The translations under genes were made by a program, and so were the position numbers. From the NCBI RefSeq assembly GCF_009914755.1, contig NC_060938.1: 64,000 nucleotides of DNA. One strand, given 5' to 3'. Positions 54,894-64,000 of the stretch are shown one piece after another; position 1 is the stretch's first letter; each line of letters begins with the position of its first letter. The notes beneath the pieces were generated by a model that saw nothing but the letters and a program-made list of their open reading frames with translations, did not search any database and was not told the origin of the DNA. Source of the DNA: the human T2T-CHM13v2.0 reference genome, Homo sapiens.

Positions 54894-55163
54894 AAATATT
54901 TGCTTTTGAAAGTATGTTCTTTCTTGGAAAAAAATGGTTTATGGGTCATTATTTGTCCCTGTAATCCCAAATTCATGCAGAATACAATAATACATAGATA
55001 ATTCTCATCTGGTCTAAATTGACTTCTAAAAGGATAAGAGGTGGATCATGCAATACTTATGGAAGATTGAAATAATTAATTGTTCAGGATTTAAAAGAGT
55101 TAGTAAGTTTCAGGAAAACCATAATAGTATGTCCCTCTTATTTTTTTTCTTTTCTTTCTTAAG

Positions 55164-55382
55164 GCCTTGGTGTCAAATCTTATATCAACCAAAGAAGAGT
55201 TAATGAAACTACGACAGATCCTTAGACTCTTGAGACTCAGGTGCACAGAAAATGATGGCATATGTTTGCTCAAGATTGTGTCGGCTCTGTGGGAGAAATG
55301 GCTGAGTTTGCTGGAAGCTGCTAAAGAGTGGGAGATGTGGTGCGAAGAACTGAAGCAGGAATGGAAATTTGTCAGTGAAGAA
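55164..55382 (+). CDS. SYNE2: SYNE2 exon (~51), 219 bp, phase 0/0, ALVSNLISTK...KFVSEE
   Basis: Long polypyrimidine tract, acceptor ttaag|GCC, donor GAA|gtgagt; overlaps ORF 55167..55466. Confidence 0.95.
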
Positions 55383-55949
55383 GTGAGTGCTTCATTTTCA
55401 ACAAACCATGTAGTTTCTAACATGTTAATTAAATTGTTTTATTACTTTCACCTTGTTTTTCTATAAAACGAGTCCTTAGCCTATACCATTTGTGCACATC
55501 ACTTATACATGATACATAAATGTTTATAGATGTCAGGCCTTATTAAGATAACCTGCAAGAACTTATTCAGATTATTTTATAGTAGTGCCTTTATTGATAG
55601 CAGATAATTCTTATTAATAAGTGACTACTAGCTGGTTTGAGTTTTACAATCTTTATTGTGAAAATAACCCCTCTCAGAAATAACTGTCTCTACATTATAC
55701 TAAAGGTTTAGAATTAGGTAATATGTGTAATCACCAAATAATTTTGAAATTATCTATAATTTTCAACTATGGAAATTAACTGTAATTGTTAAATGTGGAC
55801 CTAAAAATATATGAGGTTATGATGTTCTTTTTGAAAATAGTCTCAAAACCTGCATGATATATATCAATCACAAATGTTAATTTAACCTTGGTTCAGGATT
55901 TAGGTATGAACTATATTTAGAAAGAAAATTAATTTAGAAAGTTAAAGAT

Positions 55950-56253
55950 AGCCGGGTGCAGTGGTTCACCTATGTAATCCCAGCACTTTGGGAGGCTGAG
56001 ACAGGAGAATCGCTTGAGCCCAGGAGTTCTAGAACAGCCCAGGCAATGGAGTGAACCCCATCTCTACAAAAAATAAAAAAAAATCTGGGCATGGTGACAC
56101 ATGCCTGTAGTCCCAGCTTCTTGGGAGGCTGAGGTGGGAGGATCTCTTGATGAGAGGTCAAGACTGCAGTGAGCCATGATCATGCCACTGTATTCTAGCA
56201 TTCCAGCCTGGGCAACAGAGTGAGACACTGTCTCAAAAACAAACAAACAAAAA
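55950..56253 (+). mobile_element. AluJ
   Basis: Sense dimer with a (CAAA)n tail. Confidence 0.9.
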
Positions 56254-58311
56254 CACAACGTAAAATTATCTTAGGATGAAATGCTTAGCACTATTGTATT
56301 ATCTTGCTTATAACTATTATCCTTAAAAATGAATTTTATGTCAGTGGTCCTGGTGAGGCCTGACTAGTGAATAGTCTCTTGAAATGTTAAAATAAACTTT
56401 GTAAATTACACTTTTGGTTGGGGCTGCTGGCACCAGTGCTTGCCTGTCCATAGTGGTACCATTTATTGAGTTACTATGCTGTGCTGAGAAGGCAGTTCAC
56501 ACCTGTTCTCACTGAATCTTTGCATTGTCCCTGGGAAGTAAATTTTATCACCATTTTATCGATGGGGAAACTGAAGCACTGATAGATTGAGTAGTGGCAC
56601 AAGGTCCCCAGGTAGAGATTGATTAAGCTGTAAACCCCTGTAGGCTGGGGCTGGGGCTGTCCTGCTCACTGCTGTAACCTTGGAACCTGGCTAGGGCCCT
56701 GCGCTTAGTGGGCACTTAGTAAATATTTGTTGAGGGACATCTCTTATTCAAATTCAGGTCTGGGCTAATTCTAAGATTTTGCTCCTTTTATTTTATCACA
56801 TTATTGCTATATACCCATTTACAATTATGTGTTATTAATTCAGACTCCATTCATATAGAACTTTCTAATTATTCACATAAGCATTTGACAAAATCTGCTA
56901 ACAAAATATTTTTCAAAGAGTAGCACAAGCAAAAAAAAAATGCTTCCCTGTAATAACAATAATAAAAACAACTACTAAATTGAGCAATTATTGTGTGACA
57001 GGATAGTTCAGAGCACTATTCAAGAATTCTGTGAGGATATTTTTATTATCCTTACTTTGTAGATGAGGAAAGTGAGACACAGTGAGACTGAGTAACTTGC
57101 TCAAATTCACAAGGGGTAGAAGAGGATTCAAACTTAGACGCTGGTGCTTAGTCATTAATCTGTCAACTTACATGATATTTACATACATCAAATTGATATA
57201 AGATTTTAGTGTAGCTTTTATCCATTCAATAAAAAGTATATCATCTAACAGCCCATACATGTAAGCTTCTGTTAGCATGATTGGTGCTTTTATATATGAC
57301 AAAGTGAATTTCTGCTTTAAACCTGTCATCTATAGTAACATAATAATCCAGTGTTTATGAAATAAAGTTTATATTAGCAGACTTTTTTAAAAATTAAATG
57401 CCTGTTTGTAAGTTTACAAATTAAAAACTAAATTTAAATTTTGATAGAACTTGTGTCCCCCTAAAATTTTACCTCCCTGTTTTCTTAAACAGAATCTCTT
57501 TACTATAACTATTCACTTGTGTTATTCAGAATCATCATTTTATGCTTCAATGATCATAATGTGCTAGAAGAACGTCACATTGTCAAAGATAATTGGAGAT
57601 GTGAGGCCGGCTTCTTCCACTTGCACCAACAGTCATTTCTTTGTTGGGACTCTTTTCTGCTGGTTCTGGGTTTTTTGGTCTCCTTCATTGGATTTGCTTA
57701 TGATGCAACTATGGGTCCTTCTCCCTCTCTAGACCGGACTTTACAATTGACCGTGAACCTGAAAGTTTTATAACCAATTTGATTAGGATCCCATGTCTAA
57801 GGAAAATCATCAAGGTATTGCAAAGCCTATTCTAGGTGGAAAAGTGAATGCACAGGCTTTTTGGCAACTATTTTACTGATGCTAGGGCTGTCTTCACACT
57901 TTTTAGTGTAAAATATGTTGTTCTGACAAGTGCACACGGTCACATGATCACCAGCAAAATCAAGGTTTAAGACAATTCTGTCACCCTAGAAGTTTCCCTC
58001 GTTCCTCTTTGTGGTCAGTGCCTTCCATAACCTCCAGCCCCTGGAACCATTAATCTGTTTCTGTTCTCATAGTATTTCCATTTCCAGAATGTCATATCCA
58101 TGGACTCCTTACAGTTTGTGGCCTTTTGAGTTTACTTTTTTTCACTAAGCATAATGCACTTGAAATTCTTGCTGCTGCTTGTATTAGTAGTTCATTTCTC
58201 TTTATTCCTGAGTAGTATTGCTTTGGGTGGGTGAATTCAGTTTGTTTATTCATTCCCAAGTTGAAGAATTGCCTGGCTTTGGGGTAAAATTATTGTCCTA
58301 ATAAAAATTGT

Positions 58312-58649
<338 letters not shown>

Positions 58650-58659
58650 TCAATCACTT

Positions 58660-60290
58660 ACCAACTTCACAGTGGACACCAGAGCTTGGGACTGAGGCTT
58701 GCAAATGGTAGTTTATTTTGGAAAGTGATCCCAGGGAACAGGAGTGGGAGATGAGGGGAGCCGAAACAGGAAAGGTCTGAGCCTTTATTCTTTTTACTCT
58801 TACTGGATTGTGCTTGCTACAGCTGCCCATTTCTGGTTATTATCAAGTCAAATCTGCCAGTTTCTGGTGTGTAAGCACCAAGAGGTGCCCCATTAAATCC
58901 TGGATTACAGACACAGTTTTTTCAACCCTGATGCACATTGGAAACCCTAGATGTACAATTCCCCCATCTATGTAACAATTTCTTTATTTGCATGCTAGTT
59001 TCCAGCAGGGGGACAGAAAATGATACAATGGAACCCTTATCTCATTTCCTGGTGTAAGTGTAGCTGTCTGGCAAAGAACTAGGACTTCTAATTCAACTGA
59101 ATTTAGGTTTGAGGTGATGAGAAGCACCCATTGCGCACACCTAGGTCTCTTGGACAGTGGCCAGTCTACATCTGCATCCGTGTATTCTAGTTATTGGGTA
59201 CCCAACTGGGTCATACAGCCCAAACAGCAGGGCAGCTTATACCACAGCCCAACCCTGCTGCGGTGCTTTTTCCCCAGGCCCCTCTCGACATTGGCAGCAT
59301 TCTGATAAATGCATCTGAGCAGTAATCCCAAGGATAGCATATACTGCCTCCTAGACCCCAAAAGGTCCGTTCAGTGCTGTGTCTCTTTTTTAGTGGTAGA
59401 GTTGTAAGATTGAACAACTTGACCTTTATCTTAGAGGAGAAGTCCTGGCATGCCCCAGGCCACTAGACCCCTGATACTGGGGCTCCTGAATTTTCACAGG
59501 CTTTGTTTCTCAGCCTCTGGCATGTCTGACTGGACATTCAGGTCCTCACCATTTCAGTTAGCATGATATCATAAACATAGATGACTGGAGTGATATCCTG
59601 TAATGTCATGACTGCAAGATCCATGAATGAGTTTGAACGTGGAGCAGGAGAGTTAACCATCACTGAGGCAGGATTTGATAAATGAGTACTGCAGCCGAGG
59701 GGTGGGCCAGGGGATTCGAGGGGAGGCATAAGAATGACCTGATTCAGGGGCCTTTGAGACTTTTTTCTACATCTTAGTTGAGTTCAGGGCTGGTGGAACT
59801 CCCAGTTTCTAGATATGTGATGTAATAGGTTATGTATTTCTGAGTTCTGTGTACACCACTATTGATAAATACTTCACTGGTTTGGTAATTCTGGCTGCTT
59901 TACCTTTGTTGTGTGTCAGGGTAATGAGAACCTGCTGGCCTTACTTTTTTAGCATACAGGGATTGGAAGTGAAAGAAAAGAGACCAGCAGAAAAATTTTC
60001 CATATCCAATAGTTGCCCAACCTCTTATACTTAGTGAAAGCAGTTTGGTGGAGCTCATGTGCTTATCTCAGGAGAAATGTTGCTTTATCCATCTGAAATC
60101 TGAAGGAGAAATACATTATTTATGAAGATATTCAACAGCATTTCCTTCAGCCCACCACAGCAGTACTCCATTTCAGTCACACATCTACATGAGCAATAGC
60201 TGGGCATTATGGGATTCTGATAGTAGAGGATTAATATTCCCAGCTATAGGAAAACAGACTAGGATATGGCACTAGGAACCCTTTGAAGAG
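58660..60290 (-). mobile_element. Ancient ERVL-class LTR and internal (pol) remnants
   Basis: Minus strand ~59195-59285 resembles the ERVL pol motif EKALQQVQAAVQAALPLGPYDP in degenerate form (..AALLFGLYDPV); LTR16-like motif tttattttggaaagtgatcccagg. Boundaries are approximate. Confidence 0.55.
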
Positions 60291-60377
60291 AGAGCATACA
60301 AAAATTATGTCTACTTCAGGTCCTGAAATGTAATTGTATATTTTACTTATTTTAGTTCTTTTTGTTTTTTGAATTAG

Positions 60378-60643
60378 ATTGAACGAGAGGCAATTATTTT
60401 AGATAATCTTCAGGAAGAACTCCCTGAAATTTCCAAAACAAAAGAGGCAGCCACCACAGAGGAACTCTCTGAGCTGCTAGACTGTTTATGCCAATATGGA
60501 GAGAACGTGGAGAAGCAACAGCTGTTACTGACTCTACTTCTTCAGCGCATCAGAAGTATCCAGAATGTTCCTGAAAGCTCAGGGGCTGTGGAAACTGTTC
60601 CAGCATTTCAAGAAATTACTTCTATGAAAGAACGATGCAACAA
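60378..60643 (+). CDS. SYNE2: SYNE2 exon (~52), 266 bp, phase 0/2, IEREAIILDN...KERCN
   Basis: Acceptor gaattag|ATT, donor AA|gtaaga; open frame read manually. Confidence 0.94.
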
Positions 60644-60945
60644 GTAAGATTTATGAAAAACTATTAAGGACATGTGCTTGACAATTATGGCTCAAAATTT
60701 AGAAAATCTAAAAGTATAGAATAATGGCAAATGATACAATAGAATTGAGGTGAGACAACACTGATAGGTATAAAAAGGGATGGAACAGATTAGTAACTAT
60801 AATTAAGCACACATTTTCCATCCTGGTATTAATGAGGGTGAATATCCTTCCAATTTCCTTTTTTATCATTTGTGGGTTTTTTGTTTGTTTGTTTGTTTTT
60901 GCCCTTTTTCTAGTTTAGTAATGCATATTCATTATAGGAAATTCA

Positions 60946-61256
<311 letters not shown>

Positions 61257-61451
61257 TTACAAAAATTAATATAAAAATCTACCTTAATGTCACCACTCAG
61301 CAATAACCACTGCCAATCATTTTTTCTCCTTTTTTACTATGATTTTGTTTTTAAATAAATAGAGATCAAAATACTTGTACTGTTTTGTATTCTGCTGAGT
61401 AATTTACCAGCAAATCATGTTTGTCTTCCTATGCCATTAAATGTTCTTTTA

Positions 61452-61756
<305 letters not shown>

Positions 61757-61974
61757 AATGTAACTAGCTGTATAATATTCTACCATGAAGATATGCCATA
61801 ATGTGTTAAACCAAGCCCCTAATAAGGAATCTTTAAATTACTTTTTTTTAATTTTCATAACAACACTGCAGTGAATATTCTTATGCCAGAATCTATATTT
61901 TCATCTGTGACTAATTCATTGAGAAAGATAGTGAGAAGTAGAATCACTGGGTCAAAGAATATAGTAGTTTTATG

Positions 61975-63228
61975 GCTAGAGGTGCTCTGAAGAAAAAGCA
62001 AACTTGTTTTTTCTCTCTACCCTTACACACCATGCAACAAAGCACTTCTGACACCATGTTGGTTATGGGGGTTCCCCACACATCAGGCAGTTCTCCAGCA
62101 GACACCAATTCATTTCTCACACTATCCACCCGGAGACAGCATCAGATCACACAGGCTGGGGGCTCAATCCATCCCACAAGAGGACCTCTACTTCAGATGC
62201 CAATCATCAGTAGTAGGTTGCTACCTATACTTCTCCTTTTTTTTTTTTTTGAGACAGAGTCTTGCTCTGTCGCCTAGGCTGGAGTACAATAGCATGATCT
62301 CGGCTCACTGCAAACTCGGCTTCCTGAGTTCAAGCGATTCTCCTGCCTCAGCCTCCTGAGTAGCTGGGATTACACGCATGTGCCACCACACCCGGCTAAT
62401 TCTTTGTATTTTTAGTAGAGGAGGGGTTTCACCATGTTGCCCAGGGTGGTCTCGAACGCCTGACTTCAGGTCATCTGCCCGCCTCGGCCTCCCACAGTGC
62501 TGGGATTACAGGCGTGAGCCACTGCGCCCCGCTGGTACACTTCTGGCTGATAGGCTATAAATCAAGGGATCCTTTGATACCTTTCTTGGGTTCAATTAAT
62601 TTGCTAGAGTGGCTCACAGAACTCAAGAAAACACTTTACTCATGTTTACCAGTTTATTAATAAAGGATATAATGAAGGATACAGATAAACAGCCAGATGG
62701 AAGAGGTGCCTAAGGCATGGTATAGGAAGGGGCCTGGGGCTTCCCTGCTCTCTCTAGGTGGTGGAACCCCCAGGCTTTCAGCAATCCAGAAGCTCTCTGA
62801 GCCCTGTCTTTTGGGTTTTTTTATGGAGACTTCATTATGTAGTCATGATTGATTATGTAATTGGCCATTGGCGATCAACTCAACCTTCAGCTTCTGTCCC
62901 CTCCCCCAGAGGTTGGGGGTGTGTGTTGGAGGTAGGGGTGGTACTGAAAGTTCCAACCTTTTAATCACATAGTTGGTTCCCCTGGCAACCAGCCCTCATC
63001 CTGAGGCTACTCAGGATCCCACCTAGAGTTGCCTTCTTAGAACTAAAGATGCTCCTATCACTCAGGAAATTACAAAGGGCTTAGGAGCTCTGTGTCAGGA
63101 ACTGGTCAAAAATCAAGTATTAGAACAAAAGACTCTCCTAGCTAGCACTCCTATCTACAAGGGTATTAAGAGCTCTGTCTCAGGAACTACAGCAGAGATC
63201 AAGTATATATTTATTATATCACAATATC
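61975..63228. mobile_element. MER21-like LTR interrupted by an Alu (62236-62535)
   Basis: cacttctgacacca...gcatcagatcacacagg...cttcagatgccaatc...ggctcacagaactca...tattatatcacaatatca. Confidence 0.7.
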
Positions 63229-63700
63229 ATAGATACTTACCAAATAACCCTCAGGAAAGATTTTACCCACTTCAGTGCCTCTTCTGATATTTGCTGCATC
63301 CATAGCAAAATGGGTCAGCTTAAGAGAAGAAGCCCAGTGGGATTGTCTGTCCCCAAGAGCCCACCTGTGATTCCATTCACACCTCTAAGTCATTTTCATG
63401 TGAGCTCAAGGATTACGTGGAGAAAAAGAGAGGACAGAAATGTCAGTTACAATGTAAAGTGTGAAAAGAGAGTATTTGAGGCGAAAGATTTGGAGAGGTT
63501 TTTGATTAAGTGGTAGATTTTGTACCTGTTTTTATATGTGGTACATCCATTATTGAAAATTGTTACTTTTTTTCTTAGAGGAAATAACCATCCTTTAGTA
63601 GCTATTCAGGCATTTCATTAATTGTTGCAATAAAACTGTTTCATTTTATTCATAGAAGAGCAGGATAAAGAAACAATTATATTTTGACGTTCTCTTTTAG

Positions 63701-63869
63701 GCTTCTTCAGAAAGTTCAGAAAAATAAAGAATTGGTGCAGACTGAAATCCAAGAAAGACATTCCTTCACAAAAGAGATAATTGCTTTGAAGAATTTCTTT
63801 CAACAGACCACAACTTCATTCCAAAATATGGCATTCCAGGATCACCCAGAAAAGTCAGAACAATTTGAG
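63701..63869 (+). CDS. SYNE2: SYNE2 exon (~53), 169 bp, phase 2/0, (K)LLQKVQKNK...SEQFE
   Basis: Acceptor tctcttttag|G, donor GAG|gtaagt; within ORF 63684..63884. Confidence 0.94.
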
Positions 63870-64000
63870 GTAAGTGAGGAATGAATTAGTGAATGTGGCA
63901 GGTACAGGCCCACAGTCTTGTATCCAAAGTCCTTGGGGTAGAGATAACTCAGTGGCTGGGTTTGGGGGAGCGGTCTGGGGAGAGAGAGAGAGGCATAGGC

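Noticed and set aside
57519-57773. 84-aa hydrophobic ORF considered as a cassette exon or microprotein
   Set aside because: GTG start, no convincing splice sites, and the flanking SYNE2 exons already join in frame without it.

Overview
This is hominid, most likely human, genomic DNA lying inside SYNE2 (nesprin-2), which is transcribed on the + strand. I read 21 consecutive GT-AG coding exons from 5801 to 63869. Their phases chain perfectly into one open frame of 6138 nt (2046 aa) of spectrin-repeat/coiled-coil rod, including a 2101-bp giant exon at 41287-43387. From memory of the RefSeq model these are about exons 33-53 (about aa 1577-3622); that numbering is recalled, not computed. The introns are dense in repeats: about 30 Alus, a full-length antisense SVA (D-like) with a 15-bp target-site duplication (TSD), a complete two-LTR THE1 provirus with a 5-bp TSD, an ERV1 solo LTR, an internally deleted L1MA, a tiny young L1PA 3' stub, ERVL remnants and several DNA-transposon fossils. 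There is no sign of a prokaryotic-type system such as CRISPR or an operon. Three kinds of signal stand out. First, several locally templated duplications and inverted micro-insertions: a duplicated block bracketing one exon, an Alu piece apparently copied from a neighbour into THE1, and perfect palindromes. Second, a 389-bp higher-order duplication in the SVA VNTR. Third, transposon-donated poly(A) signals just after the giant exon that could yield KASH-less nesprin-2 isoforms. Repeat subfamily names come from recalled consensus sequences and should be confirmed with RepeatMasker/Dfam.
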